IMG/VR virus record: IMGVR_UViG_3300020202_000063
Coordinates: 1 to 64,000 of that record
Origin: a virus
DNA: 64,000 nt
Strand: one strand, 5' to 3'
The position numbers and the translations under genes were made by a program. The notes beneath the pieces were generated by a model that saw nothing but the letters and a program-made list of their open reading frames with translations, did not search any database and was not told the DNA's origin. Positions 1 to 10,064 of this stretch are shown one piece after another (position 1 is the stretch's first letter; every line of letters starts with the position of its first letter).

Positions 1-6
1 TGAATA

Positions 7-414
7 ATGCCTTATTATTTGTTCGAAAATACGGACACGGGCGAAGTTCATGAAATTTGGTTTCATATGAACGATGAGAAGATTTATAATGGTGAAAACA
101 ATGACCAAGTAGGTAAGTGGAAACGTCTTTGGACCGTTCCGAATGCTGCGATTTCTAGTATTGTGGACCCTTATAATACAAAGAGTTTTGTTGCGGCCAC
201 GACCAATAAGAAAGGTCAAACTGTTGGAGAGATGTGGGAGCGTTCGGCTGAACTAAGTAAGGTACGGGCTGATAAAGAGGGTATAGACCCAGTAAAACAA
301 AAATTTTACGAAGATTATCAAAAATCAACAGGACTTAAGAACCAATATCAGGCCCGCGAAGAGGCGGGAATAAAAGCAAAAGAGATTGTAAAAAAGCTAG
401 GTTTCAGGACTTGA
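7..414 (+). CDS. Phage protein with FmdB-like N-terminus (cysteine-less)
   Basis: MPYYLFENTDTGEVHE resembles the MP.Y.Y.C..CG..FE FmdB start without Zn ligands. Confidence 0.45.
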   Translation: MPYYLFENTDTGEVHEIWFHMNDEKIYNGENNDQVGKWKRLWTVPNAAISSIVDPYNTKSFVAATTNKKGQTVGEMWERSAELSKVRADKEGIDPVKQKFYEDYQKSTGLKNQYQAREEAGIKAKEIVKKLGFRT

Positions 415-491
415 CATATAGTCCAAGTTAAAGTTTAGTATTTCCGAACACAAGTTCGGATTAGTAAAAAGTAAAAACAAAGATAAAGCAT

Positions 492-1118
492 ATGGCATTA
501 GGTAAACAGTATAAAAATGACGGTTCAAAAGTTTATGTTTTGAAACCACAGAGTAAAGACGACAAAGGAAATCGTGTCCCCCCACACTTTGCGGTCTATG
601 AAAAAGTTGATGGGAAGTGGGTAAAGACACGCGAGGAAACTCGTGTTAGTGGCGACCTTTTCAAAGTCGAAATTAAGGAATTCGAATTCGATAAGGTAAA
701 GACGAAATCAGTAACAGTAGGATTGCGAGATGAACAGAGTAAGGAGGCATATCTTCTTGATTTGCGCTTTACAAAGGCTACCCGTAATCTTTACAACATG
801 CTGGCTTCACTTACTGATAATTTTAGTAATTTGTCAGTCTCGCTATATTCGAAGGAGTATCAGGGTAAGGAATATGATACGTATAGCTTGCGTCAGGGTG
901 ATTCGCTTGTTCCGTGGAAGTACAAGCAGGCAGACCTGCCAAAGCCGATTGAAGTTACATTCAAGGGCCAAGTTCAGCGCGATTATACTCCTATCGATGA
1001 GATATTCGAGAAGGAATTGCAGGAACTCGCGACTCGATTGAGTCGTCGTGCGCCCGCTCCCGCAGTTAGCACTCCATCCACCGCATCGACGCCTACGGAA
1101 CCACTCCCACCATTTTAA
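492..1118 (+). CDS. Putative single-stranded DNA-binding protein
   Basis: Beta-rich core, Pro/Thr/Ser linker and C-terminal PLPPF tail typical of SSBs. Confidence 0.5.
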   Translation: MALGKQYKNDGSKVYVLKPQSKDDKGNRVPPHFAVYEKVDGKWVKTREETRVSGDLFKVEIKEFEFDKVKTKSVTVGLRDEQSKEAYLLDLRFTKATRNLYNMLASLTDNFSNLSVSLYSKEYQGKEYDTYSLRQGDSLVPWKYKQADLPKPIEVTFKGQVQRDYTPIDEIFEKELQELATRLSRRAPAPAVSTPSTASTPTEPLPPF

Positions 1119-1140
1119 GGTGGTGATGTAACCAAACATA

Positions 1141-1172
1141 GGGTGGTAATGTAAAACTTACCATCTTATTTA
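1141..1172 (+). terminator. Possible intrinsic terminator
   Basis: ggtggtaa/ttaccatc hairpin followed by ttattt. Confidence 0.4.
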
Positions 1173-1175
1173 TTC

Positions 1176-3065
1176 ATGCGTCACAAGATTCTATTACATA
1201 CAAATTTTCCCCTGATTAAGTCGGGGCTTGCTGAAAACGGCAGAATTCTTGCCAAGTGGTTAGACCAGACTGGAAAGTACGATATTGTGTATCTCGGTAG
1301 TCAAGCGGCTGAGAACCACACGGATATTCCGAAGATGCCATATAAAACGCTGGGTGTAATTCCTGCCAATCCACTTGAACAGGAAGCGCTCAAGCGTGAT
1401 TTTTTTAATTGGCGCGATACGTGTTATGGCGGACGCTCTTTGCATAAAATTATCGAACGTGAGAAGCCTACAATCTGGTGGGGTTCAGATGATATTTGGG
1501 CGTTTCAACCACACGTATATAATGCAGAATGGTTCAAGAAAATCAATACGGTGTTCCACATTACCGTGGATAGCGTGCCAATTTCCAAGATGGCTTATGA
1601 ACAAGCCGCATCCACTCCGAACTATGTCACATGGGCCAAATTTGCTCAGAATGAAATGATTCGCAATGGGGCGAAAAATGTACTTCAAATTTATGGTGCG
1701 TCAGAAACAAGTAAGTTCAAACCTATTTCGTTGAAGGAAAAGAATGAACTTCGGGCAAAGCACAATATTTCTCCCGATACTGTCATATTTATCTATCTTG
1801 GTAGAAATCAACTTCGTAAAGAATTTGGTAACGCGATTGCCGCATTTGCAGAATTCAAGAAAGAAAACCCGCATGCGAACGCCAAGCTTCTATTCCATAC
1901 TTCGTTTGCAGAGAGTGGTGCGGGATGGGACATTCCAAAACTTATAAACTATTATAACGTTCCTAATGACGACGTGCTTACCACAATGTTTTGTCGTCAA
2001 TGCGGGGAATGGGAAATTAAGGCATATCAGGGCGAAAACACAGATTGTCGTTTTTGTAACACTGGTAAATCTCAAGTATCCTGTACTATCGCCCATGGTG
2101 TCGAGCACGATGAACTACATCTAGTTTATGGAATTGCCGATGCAGCTATAAGTCCATTTACTTCTGGCGGTTTGGAGTTTCATAATGTTAATTCGCTACT
2201 TTGCGGTCTGCCACTTGCATGTACAAATTATTCATGCGGTGAGGATTTCTGTGAACAACCTTTCGTCTACCCAATCAAATGGCATACTCGGTTTGAACAC
2301 CAGACAACCTACAAGAAGGCTACTAACGACGTTAATTCTATAAAGAATTTCATGTCGATAATGTACAAGAAGACATATGATGAACGTCGCACCGAGGGTG
2401 AGATTGGTAGAGATTGGGCGGTGAAAACATTCTCTATTGAATCCATTGGACCCCAGTGGGAAAAATTGTTTGATTCAATGCCGCATCCCGATTGGTCTCA
2501 AATCGACCTCACACCAAAATTCAAGAATCCGGATTATCCAATGCCAACGGTTGAGGATAACGTCGCATGGGTTAAGGAACTATATCGCGGAATTCTAGAC
2601 CTCAATGTTCAAGATGATGATAAGGGTGTGCGCGATTGGCTTGAAAGTCTTCGAATTGGTAGAAGCCGTCAAAGCATATATAATTATTTTATCAATGAGG
2701 CACGTAAAGAGAATGCGAGACTGAAGCCAAATAACGATTTAGAAACTCTATTCGACCACACTCCGGGTCGCAAAAAGCTGCTTCTCGTTATGAAAGAAAG
2801 TGGTGGAGATATTTTTATTGGACAAGCGCTCCTACCAAAACTGAAGGAGTTGTATCCCGATGCTGATATATATTGGGCCTCAGATGAAAAGTTTCACGAA
2901 CTTCTTGACGGTAATGAATATATTTATAAAGTATTGAAATACATTCCAGAGATGGAGAATGAACTGCTTATGATGCGCTACGTAGATTATTTTTATTTTC
3001 CAGCGTTAGCGACCCAGAGACAGTTAAATTACCTAACTCACGATAAGATTGGGTTAGAATTATAA
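1176..3065 (+). CDS. Multidomain glycosyltransferase: GT4-like + CxxC insert + DUF4214-like helices + N-terminal half of a GT9
   Basis: IYLGRNQLRK, ADAAISPFTSGGLEF, CGLP (GT-B/GT4); CRQC..CRFC; WVKELYRGIL..DDKGVRDW; ESGGDIFIGQALLPKLKELYPDA (GT9 N-domain). Confidence 0.8.
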   Translation: MRHKILLHTNFPLIKSGLAENGRILAKWLDQTGKYDIVYLGSQAAENHTDIPKMPYKTLGVIPANPLEQEALKRDFFNWRDTCYGGRSLHKIIEREKPTIWWGSDDIWAFQPHVYNAEWFKKINTVFHITVDSVPISKMAYEQAASTPNYVTWAKFAQNEMIRNGAKNVLQIYGASETSKFKPISLKEKNELRAKHNISPDTVIFIYLGRNQLRKEFGNAIAAFAEFKKENPHANAKLLFHTSFAESGAGWDIPKLINYYNVPNDDVLTTMFCRQCGEWEIKAYQGENTDCRFCNTGKSQVSCTIAHGVEHDELHLVYGIADAAISPFTSGGLEFHNVNSLLCGLPLACTNYSCGEDFCEQPFVYPIKWHTRFEHQTTYKKATNDVNSIKNFMSIMYKKTYDERRTEGEIGRDWAVKTFSIESIGPQWEKLFDSMPHPDWSQIDLTPKFKNPDYPMPTVEDNVAWVKELYRGILDLNVQDDDKGVRDWLESLRIGRSRQSIYNYFINEARKENARLKPNNDLETLFDHTPGRKKLLLVMKESGGDIFIGQALLPKLKELYPDADIYWASDEKFHELLDGNEYIYKVLKYIPEMENELLMMRYVDYFYFPALATQRQLNYLTHDKIGLEL

Positions 3066-3086
3066 GAGAACGTCATAATAAGTCTA

Positions 3087-4343
3087 ATGAGCACACTTGC
3101 AAAAACCTACGCGTTAGCCTGCGGCGTACCACTTAGTAAGCCGACAATATTTGAACAATTCTTTCCACTGGATTGGCCGGTTGATAAAATCATCTTGCTG
3201 CACGCCGGTGGCGGACAGAGAGATGAAAAGGGCCAACCTCTGTTTTCGGCCAAGATATACGACCATTTCGATGAAGTAGTACGATTAATAACACCTCAGA
3301 TTGAAAAGGCTGGATATAAAATCTATCAAATCGGTGGACCAAGTGAAAGCGGTGTTAGCGGGGCCGTAAATCTTTGTGGGCAAACCACGGTTAAACAAAC
3401 CGCCTATCTTTTAAATCGGTGCGCTCTATTTATCGGCAACGATTCCATGAATGCGCACATTGCTGGTTCAATGATGATTCCCATGGTTGTGCTATACGGT
3501 CCAACCGACCCAAAAAATCACGGACCCGAATGGTGCGACCCAGCAGTAACAATTCTTATCGAATCGCATAGGTTTGGCGCCAAACGACCATCATACGCTT
3601 CCAACGAACCAATCAAGACGATAAATGCAATCCCACCTGAACAAGTTGCCAATGCTGCGCTCGGTCTTCTGGGACTTGAAAATGTAAGACGCAAATCTCT
3701 CTTCTTTGGTTCAATCTATCGTAATCAAATTTTGGAAATTATTCCGGATACACAATTGCGGCCAGAATTCTTTCCAAATGTTGGAATTGCGATTCGCATG
3801 GATTATTTCCACAATGAGTCTGGTCTGATTGCAAATCTTTCACAGCGTAAAAGTTCTATATTTCTTGATAGACCAATCAATTTGGACATATTTAAAACAT
3901 TTCGTTCAAATGTTGTATTTGTTCGCATTAAGGTAACAGAACATATTACGCCAAAATTTATTAAGGATATTGCTCGTATCGGTATACCGTTTTCTTGCTT
4001 TACGGAAGAACATGACCCTGTAAAGCTGAAGAAACTCCGTTATGACTTTTTCGATGTGTGTCTTATCGATGAGGCTCGTGATAACACAGCAGAACTATTT
4101 TGGGAGCAAGCAGATAAGTATCTTAATACAAAGCTTGACAGAAACCTCAATCTTTCAGAACTTACATACTGTTCAAACAAGTACCTAATTTCTGGAAAGG
4201 GAATCTATCTAAACAAGGCTGCGTATGATAAGAATCTTAGCATTCCAAATCTTGGGGAGAACCATCAGACGATTGGTGAGCTAGCGAATAGTCCCGACTT
4301 CTGGAAAGAGATACAGCATTACTACATTTACAAAAAGGAATAA
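3087..4343 (+). CDS. GT9 (heptosyltransferase-like) C-terminal domain plus extension
   Basis: NLCGQTTVKQTAYLL..LFIGNDSMNAHIA..VVLYGPT is the GT9 nucleotide-sugar-binding motif. Confidence 0.8.
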   Translation: MSTLAKTYALACGVPLSKPTIFEQFFPLDWPVDKIILLHAGGGQRDEKGQPLFSAKIYDHFDEVVRLITPQIEKAGYKIYQIGGPSESGVSGAVNLCGQTTVKQTAYLLNRCALFIGNDSMNAHIAGSMMIPMVVLYGPTDPKNHGPEWCDPAVTILIESHRFGAKRPSYASNEPIKTINAIPPEQVANAALGLLGLENVRRKSLFFGSIYRNQILEIIPDTQLRPEFFPNVGIAIRMDYFHNESGLIANLSQRKSSIFLDRPINLDIFKTFRSNVVFVRIKVTEHITPKFIKDIARIGIPFSCFTEEHDPVKLKKLRYDFFDVCLIDEARDNTAELFWEQADKYLNTKLDRNLNLSELTYCSNKYLISGKGIYLNKAAYDKNLSIPNLGENHQTIGELANSPDFWKEIQHYYIYKKE

Positions 4344-4344
4344 T

Positions 4345-5133
4345 ATGAGCGAAGTCGAAAATAATACACAGTCTGAACAAATGCTACAGCGAGATGAGAA
4401 TGGTTTGGTGGTTGGAGTAAATTATAAATTCAAGAAAAACGGATATAGAAAAGTTATTGATTGGCGCGCCATGATTCTTCCTGAACATTTGGTATTTAAC
4501 AAACAATACCAGAAGGAAATCGAAGAGAGAATCGGAAAACCATTTGACCACATTTCAATAGAAGAAGCTTTAGCGTCGGACAAGTTGGAAGACCGCCACT
4601 TCCTGATTTTACTTGCCGGTATCAAGGAATTGGCCGCACTCCGTGGATTTGTCTCTGTTGATACGTCTTTAGATAAGGTTGAGCAGCATCATTGTGCCGC
4701 TCGTTGTCATATCACATGGATGCCGAATTTTGAGACTTCCGGACACACGGTTACGTTCGGGGATGGTGCTGGTGCCAGCTTGGACAACACAAACGGCTTC
4801 GGACAAATCTTTCTAGAAACAATCGCAATTAATCGGGCGTTCGTGCGTGCAGTGAGAAATTTTCTCGGTATTAGTATTGTTGGTCAGGATGAAATTGGTG
4901 GTAAGTTTAAGAAGGAATCGGGTCAACCGTCTCAGACCGTTGCCTTTTCATCTAATTCTTATCTGGAACAGGTTTGCTCAGAACGAAAGATTTCTTTCGA
5001 GACTTTCCAGAAGCGTGTAATTCAGGGATATAAACATTTACTCAAGGACCAAAATCCCGAAGCGTGGAAGAGTTTTGCAGATTTGAAACCGCTTGACGCA
5101 ACAAATCTGTTGGAACTTATTAAAAAGGATTAA
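4345..5133 (+). CDS. Putative Rad52/Sak-like ssDNA annealing protein
   Basis: ETIAINRAFVRAVRNFLGI motif preceded by a beta-hairpin region. Confidence 0.45.
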   Translation: MSEVENNTQSEQMLQRDENGLVVGVNYKFKKNGYRKVIDWRAMILPEHLVFNKQYQKEIEERIGKPFDHISIEEALASDKLEDRHFLILLAGIKELAALRGFVSVDTSLDKVEQHHCAARCHITWMPNFETSGHTVTFGDGAGASLDNTNGFGQIFLETIAINRAFVRAVRNFLGISIVGQDEIGGKFKKESGQPSQTVAFSSNSYLEQVCSERKISFETFQKRVIQGYKHLLKDQNPEAWKSFADLKPLDATNLLELIKKD

Positions 5134-5138
5134 AGTTG

Positions 5139-5144
5139 GTGTAA
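5139..5144 (+). promoter_or_regulatory. GTGTAA putative late-promoter motif
   Basis: 7 nt before GTG 5152. Confidence 0.55.
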
Positions 5145-5151
5145 ATATTTC

Positions 5152-5448
5152 GTGCTTCTCGGAATATCGGCAGAATTATCAACCCCTCCAAGTAGTCCAT
5201 CAGTTTTTCGTGATGTTTGCTTGTTCGCTAAGGTTTTTCGTAATTACGACGTTGTGGCTTTCAGCGAAAAAGAAATGATAGATTTATATGTCCGATGGTT
5301 CCGAAAGTACGGTTTATTTGATTATGTTGACGACATTGTGACAAGAATTGAAATCAAAAGGGTAGACGTTGAAATTGAGGGTGGTGGAAAGCTAACTGCC
5401 CATTGTTTACATGATGTTCTAGCTCATATTCCCAAGCCGCCCCGATAA
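5152..5448 (+). CDS. Hypothetical protein
   Basis: 98-aa ORF between GTGTAA motif and terminator. Confidence 0.65.
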   Translation: MLLGISAELSTPPSSPSVFRDVCLFAKVFRNYDVVAFSEKEMIDLYVRWFRKYGLFDYVDDIVTRIEIKRVDVEIEGGGKLTAHCLHDVLAHIPKPPR

Positions 5449-5463
5449 GGCGGCTTTTCTTTT
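5434..5463 (+). terminator. Intrinsic terminator
   Basis: aagccgcc/ggcggctt stem + T-rich tract. Confidence 0.75.
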
Positions 5464-5480
5464 ATTTACGCCTCTAAAAA

Positions 5481-5486
5481 GTGTAA
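5481..5486 (+). promoter_or_regulatory. GTGTAA putative late-promoter motif
   Basis: 8 nt before ATG 5495, right after a terminator. Confidence 0.65.
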
Positions 5487-5494
5487 TTTAAGGG

Positions 5495-5944
5495 ATGGCA
5501 TCCTTACTTTCTACTACTGATAAAGCGGCGCTTGTATCGGCTTACGAAAACCTCGTAGATACATTCAAGCGGCCTATTGTCGTGTACCATGAAGCTGAAA
5601 AGACGGTGGTTATCTCTGACCCCAACTACAATCGTCTAAGGAAATTTAGCCAAAATACTCGTAATCCGGATAATACACCTGTTTCGCGCACCATTAATGC
5701 TCGTATATACTACGCTAGCAAGCAGGGTAGCCCATTTAATACTTTTGGTCAATCCCCACAAAATAAAGCAAAAATAGATGACGGAATGGTCCGTATCAAG
5801 ATTCATGCCGATGATTTTGAGTTTATGTCAAAAGCTAAGAAGATTGAGTTGGATGGAAATCTATTCGACGTTGATTCTGTAGAGCGCCCACATGGACTTT
5901 TCGACACTGAATATTATACATACTGGTTAAAGAGGAGTCAATAA
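5495..5944 (+). CDS. Putative head-closure/stopper (neck) protein
   Basis: Size, beta-rich sequence, first gene of the neck-tail block. Confidence 0.5.
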   Translation: MASLLSTTDKAALVSAYENLVDTFKRPIVVYHEAEKTVVISDPNYNRLRKFSQNTRNPDNTPVSRTINARIYYASKQGSPFNTFGQSPQNKAKIDDGMVRIKIHADDFEFMSKAKKIELDGNLFDVDSVERPHGLFDTEYYTYWLKRSQ

Positions 5945-6585
5945 TGGCTGATTTCAATACTAGAGCACAAATCAACCATCATAACGTAATGTTGGAACTC
6001 GAATCTGCCCATCCCACAATTAAGGCGGCAGCGGAAGTATATGTAAGAAAAGAATATTTCGAACCCGCTGTACGCGCTCTAAGGCAAGATTTTGAATCAC
6101 ATCCGGTTACTGTCGAAATTGATGGTGGTATGGAATTTGGCAATGAAGCGGGAAATCCAAGTAAAACATTATCGGTCGGTGCATCGAGCAAAAATCTTTA
6201 TAGTTTTATTGGTTTTGAAGAAGGAACGCACCCGACTAATGCAATACGTAACCGACTAAGAGAGAGCAGTTCAGCAGGTCCGAAGATGCACGCGCTACCT
6301 GTTAAAAAACGTCAGTTTGTTTACGAATTTGAGATTAGTGGTCCTGATTTGGATGCAATTTATGAAGCCACCCCACTCCCATGGGCACAAGGATTATCTT
6401 GGGCTGAAAAGATTGAAACGGGTATTCCGGGTCTCGCGCGCTTCGTTTCAAAAGATAATCTGGGTCGTTCGGGTGGTGGTTACCAAGCGAAGAATGATGT
6501 TCGCAAAAATGGCCCCAATACTAGCCGCCCAATCAGCTATCTAACAGGTATCGTTCAAAGATTTCTAGATAGATTCACAAGATGA
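5944..6585 (+). CDS. Putative neck/tail-completion protein
   Basis: Synteny between stopper and terminator; TAATG coupling. Confidence 0.45.
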   Translation: MADFNTRAQINHHNVMLELESAHPTIKAAAEVYVRKEYFEPAVRALRQDFESHPVTVEIDGGMEFGNEAGNPSKTLSVGASSKNLYSFIGFEEGTHPTNAIRNRLRESSSAGPKMHALPVKKRQFVYEFEISGPDLDAIYEATPLPWAQGLSWAEKIETGIPGLARFVSKDNLGRSGGGYQAKNDVRKNGPNTSRPISYLTGIVQRFLDRFTR

Positions 6586-7418
6586 ACACCCAATTTTTAC
6601 ATAAAGCAGAGTTAGGTTTTCTGTTGTGGGCAGATAATTTCCTATGCAATCGTGCGCAGGCTTATACAACGCATACTTCTCGATTATATTATACCCCTGA
6701 TGACAGACTACATGAATCGAAGATAGCATATGCATCACCATTTAAGGGGTGGGTTTATGATAGCGGTGTACAAGGTGCCTATATACCAAGCAGTATAAGT
6801 GGTTCATTAGGAACACTTACGGAAGGACAAAGCGGGCTACAATTCGATTATGAGAATGGGCGCGTTATCCTAAATTCTGGTGTAGGTACGAATCTGAACC
6901 TGACGGGTACATACAGCTTCAAGGATTTCAATATTTATCCAACAAATGAAGGTTTGGAGCAGATTATTGTTGAAAATAAATATTATTTGAATTCACGTTT
7001 TGACCGTACTCAGACGGGTATTCCTCCGTATGATTTCGTGACCCCCGCGATTTTTGTAAACTTTTCTACAGTTTCTAACAAACCTTTCGCCTTCGGTGGT
7101 TTACAGCTTTCACAACCAACCGCTTCAATGGTAGTTTTGGCCGAAGAACCATGGCAATTACAGGGAGTGATAAATACCTTTGTTGATGCTGCCGAAAAGT
7201 ATTTTCCGTTGGTGGAGGCGTCAATCGACCCCATTAACGAATCTGGCGCCTTACGTAGCGGTTATAACTACACAAATATTGCTGCATCCCGACCCGCTAG
7301 CGATTTAGTGCGTATTGACTCTGTACGCGGCTCGCGACTCACCGATTCTATCAAAACAAATGAGGGTTTATATGTCGGTTTGATTGATTTCCAACTTTCT
7401 TACGCACGAACGACTTAA
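6582..7418 (+). CDS. Putative tail terminator protein
   Basis: PAIFV..KPFAFGG motif; position upstream of tube genes. Confidence 0.5.
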   Translation: MNTQFLHKAELGFLLWADNFLCNRAQAYTTHTSRLYYTPDDRLHESKIAYASPFKGWVYDSGVQGAYIPSSISGSLGTLTEGQSGLQFDYENGRVILNSGVGTNLNLTGTYSFKDFNIYPTNEGLEQIIVENKYYLNSRFDRTQTGIPPYDFVTPAIFVNFSTVSNKPFAFGGLQLSQPTASMVVLAEEPWQLQGVINTFVDAAEKYFPLVEASIDPINESGALRSGYNYTNIAASRPASDLVRIDSVRGSRLTDSIKTNEGLYVGLIDFQLSYARTT

Positions 7419-7424
7419 AATTTG

Positions 7425-7430
7425 GTGTAA
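7425..7430 (+). promoter_or_regulatory. GTGTAA putative late-promoter motif
   Basis: Intergenic, upstream of 7457. Confidence 0.6.
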
Positions 7431-7456
7431 CTAAATCTGCAAAATAAGGACCGGTT

Positions 7457-8410
7457 ATGGCACTATATCAGGGAGTAGAACTTAAAATTTCATCTGGCTT
7501 CGCGGGAACCACAATGATGACGGTCGAACGTCTTCAAGGGGTAAACTTTGGTTTTGATTTCCAGCGAGCGGATGTTCGTCAATTAAATCGCTTCCGTCCA
7601 GACATCAACAGACCGACGATGAATTACACGCCGGTCACTCTGTCATTCGACTATATTAAGGGCGACTCCATGGTTGAAAGCGTCTTAGGCTTGACCAACC
7701 CCACGGGTGTTATTTGTGGTATTACAAATTCTAAAGCATTGGCCGGGTATGGTATGCGCAATTTTGAAATTTGGCAATCACCACTGGAATCGAACAATTA
7801 CGTTGGTCAATTCAACCTTTCAAGCGGCGTTTTAAATAGTTATAGCTTGGCCGCAAGCGTTGGTGATTTTGCAAAAACATCCCTTTCTTTCCAAAACTTT
7901 GATATTGGTTGGGTTGCTAACTCTACAGCAAAGGGCAATGCCCCAACATATAACGGTATACCCGTGCGCTCCCAAGATATCCAAATTACCGGTATTAATT
8001 TCAGTGGTTTTGGCGTCAGCGGTTTCGCTCTACAATCTTTCAATCTTGGTATCAACATTAGTCGAAGCGAAACAATGCAAATTGGCTCGAAGTTCCCAAC
8101 AGAGCGCCAAATTGTCGATGCCACAGCTACATTGCAAGTTCAGGGCTTTATTGAAGGCGGCAACAGCACATTGACTGGTTTGGGTTCTTATGATTGTGGT
8201 GCGGCCACCAACGGTTCTATATATATTACTTTATTACCTTCATGCGGTACGAATCCAGCGATGACTTATCGGGCCATTAATCCATATTTTCAAGGTATGA
8301 GTCAGAATAATACCGTAGGCAATTTTGCATCGGTTGACCTTTCATTCATAATTCCGTTGCCAATTTCGGCGCATGAGACCGGTTCTGCATCGAATCTCAT
8401 TATCTCATAA
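7457..8410 (+). CDS. Tail tube-like protein (paralog 1)
   Basis: RLQGVNFGFD and LQSFNLGI motifs shared with 8481 and 48727. Confidence 0.65.
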   Translation: MALYQGVELKISSGFAGTTMMTVERLQGVNFGFDFQRADVRQLNRFRPDINRPTMNYTPVTLSFDYIKGDSMVESVLGLTNPTGVICGITNSKALAGYGMRNFEIWQSPLESNNYVGQFNLSSGVLNSYSLAASVGDFAKTSLSFQNFDIGWVANSTAKGNAPTYNGIPVRSQDIQITGINFSGFGVSGFALQSFNLGINISRSETMQIGSKFPTERQIVDATATLQVQGFIEGGNSTLTGLGSYDCGAATNGSIYITLLPSCGTNPAMTYRAINPYFQGMSQNNTVGNFASVDLSFIIPLPISAHETGSASNLIIS

Positions 8411-8435
8411 TTCGTCAAAATTAGTATAATCCAGC

Positions 8436-8441
8436 GTGTAA
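8436..8441 (+). promoter_or_regulatory. GTGTAA putative late-promoter motif
   Basis: Intergenic, upstream of 8481. Confidence 0.6.
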
Positions 8442-8480
8442 TTAGATATACCAACTATCATACTTTAACCGAACATTCTC

Positions 8481-9605
8481 ATGGCTAGAAATCGCGTCTT
8501 CTTTAATGAACTTAACCTCTTCGTCGGACCTACAGGGGAATTTCCATGCACAGGGAAACACTTTGGCGGGGGTAATACAGGTGACAACCTCGTTGCAGAA
8601 CTTCACCGTGTACAATCTGCCTCTCTAGACTTCTCTCTCAATCCTACTGATATTCAGGAATTTGGCCGCGCCGACCGCGTAGATGCTATCTTCTTGGACT
8701 CCCCAACGGTAAATCTTCAATTTACATATTTCCCACTTGATGGCGTCAACGAAAGTCGCCTTGGATTCAAGGCAAACGATATTAATGGTTCGTTCCTTTC
8801 TGGTATTTTGACGGAAGTTACCGATACGAAGAATTACTTCCTCACGGTTTCGCCCGCCGGTATCAATGACGACTCAAATAATAGCCAGACAAATCGCAAT
8901 GTTATTTCGATTGGAAACGCTTATATTACAAACTACACGTTTAGCGCATCTGTTGGTCAAGTTCCAACCGTAAACGTTTCAGTCGATGGATTCAATGTTC
9001 GTTTTGATACTGGTACATCACAGAAGACAATTCCTGCGGTTAACCCTTCGAACGGCCAGACAATTAGCACATGGAATTTCACGATTCCAACCGGTGTAAC
9101 TTACACTGGCGCCGCAATTCCTGCCGCACTTCGCCCCGGTGAAATCCAACTCGAATTGCCAATGACTGGTGCGCTCGGTCAATACATGAGCGGTAGCAAT
9201 TCCTTCCACCTACAGAGCTTCAATTTGTCGATTCCAATGAGTCGTACAGATATTGGTCGTATCGGAACATTGTTCGACTTTGCAAAACCGCTTTCGCTTC
9301 CATTGACCGCAACGCTGACATTGGACGCCCTTGTTACAGAACTTCGTGCTGGTTCGCTGTCTGACTTGCTCTGCAATTATCAGAATCATGATTTCCGTAT
9401 CAAGTTGAAGAATCCTGCATGCCCCGGCACCGCTGCGGCAGATGCAATCTGGATTGACTTCCGTAATGCAAAACTCCAAAGCGAAAGCTTCGGATTCGGC
9501 ATCGGTAACAATGCCACGACTTCCGCGACATTTACGGCGCAAATCAGCGCTGGTAATAGCGCGACCTCTGGTCCATTCTTCAGTGGTATCAATGCTACCG
9601 CATAA
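8481..9605 (+). CDS. Major tail tube protein
   Basis: Own promoter motif and terminator, upstream of chaperones/TMP; duplicated QS-F/L motif. Confidence 0.75.
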   Translation: MARNRVFFNELNLFVGPTGEFPCTGKHFGGGNTGDNLVAELHRVQSASLDFSLNPTDIQEFGRADRVDAIFLDSPTVNLQFTYFPLDGVNESRLGFKANDINGSFLSGILTEVTDTKNYFLTVSPAGINDDSNNSQTNRNVISIGNAYITNYTFSASVGQVPTVNVSVDGFNVRFDTGTSQKTIPAVNPSNGQTISTWNFTIPTGVTYTGAAIPAALRPGEIQLELPMTGALGQYMSGSNSFHLQSFNLSIPMSRTDIGRIGTLFDFAKPLSLPLTATLTLDALVTELRAGSLSDLLCNYQNHDFRIKLKNPACPGTAAADAIWIDFRNAKLQSESFGFGIGNNATTSATFTAQISAGNSATSGPFFSGINATA

Positions 9606-9632
9606 TATTTGATTCAGTTCAAATTAGTTTTC

Positions 9633-9666
9633 ACAAACGGGGTCAAAAGCTCCGTTTGTTTGCTTT
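9633..9666 (+). terminator. Intrinsic terminator
   Basis: acaaacggggt/gctccgtttgt stem + T tract. Confidence 0.7.
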
Positions 9667-9708
9667 TATACTCTTAGACTAATTTCTTTGCAGATTGCAC
9701 CTTTATTA

Positions 9709-9714
9709 GTGTAA
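9709..9714 (+). promoter_or_regulatory. GTGTAA putative late-promoter motif
   Basis: After terminator, upstream of 9742. Confidence 0.6.
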
Positions 9715-9741
9715 TATTGCGTAGGAAAGGTAATCTAAGGT

Positions 9742-10041
9742 ATGGAAAATTTGGTTGGGGCAAGCGCCCCGGATATCCTGCGCTTTCAAGTAAAGCGAGG
9801 CATTACAGCTACATATAAAGAAGCCCTCAATATTCTTGAGGAACTTGAGCGTGAACACGCCGCCGCATTAGCGCGGTTACAAGCGGCATTACCAGAATCA
9901 GATAGGAAGCTTGTTGCAGTAGCGGATTATTGGCATAGCGACAAATATGATTCGTTGCGTCGTCGTATTCTTACAACAGGAAACAATGCATATAGGTCAG
10001 TAGAAGAACAAATGACCAACATGATTATCATGTTTAAATAA
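9742..10041 (+). CDS. Hypothetical protein (tail module)
   Basis: 99-aa helical ORF with purine-rich leader. Confidence 0.7.
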   Translation: MENLVGASAPDILRFQVKRGITATYKEALNILEELEREHAAALARLQAALPESDRKLVAVADYWHSDKYDSLRRRILTTGNNAYRSVEEQMTNMIIMFK

Positions 10042-10064
10042 AACAATTTAAGGAATGGCAAAAT

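Noticed and set aside
411-441. Sigma70 promoter TTGACA..TAGTAT
   Set aside because: 19-nt spacer is suboptimal; plausible but not supported enough to list
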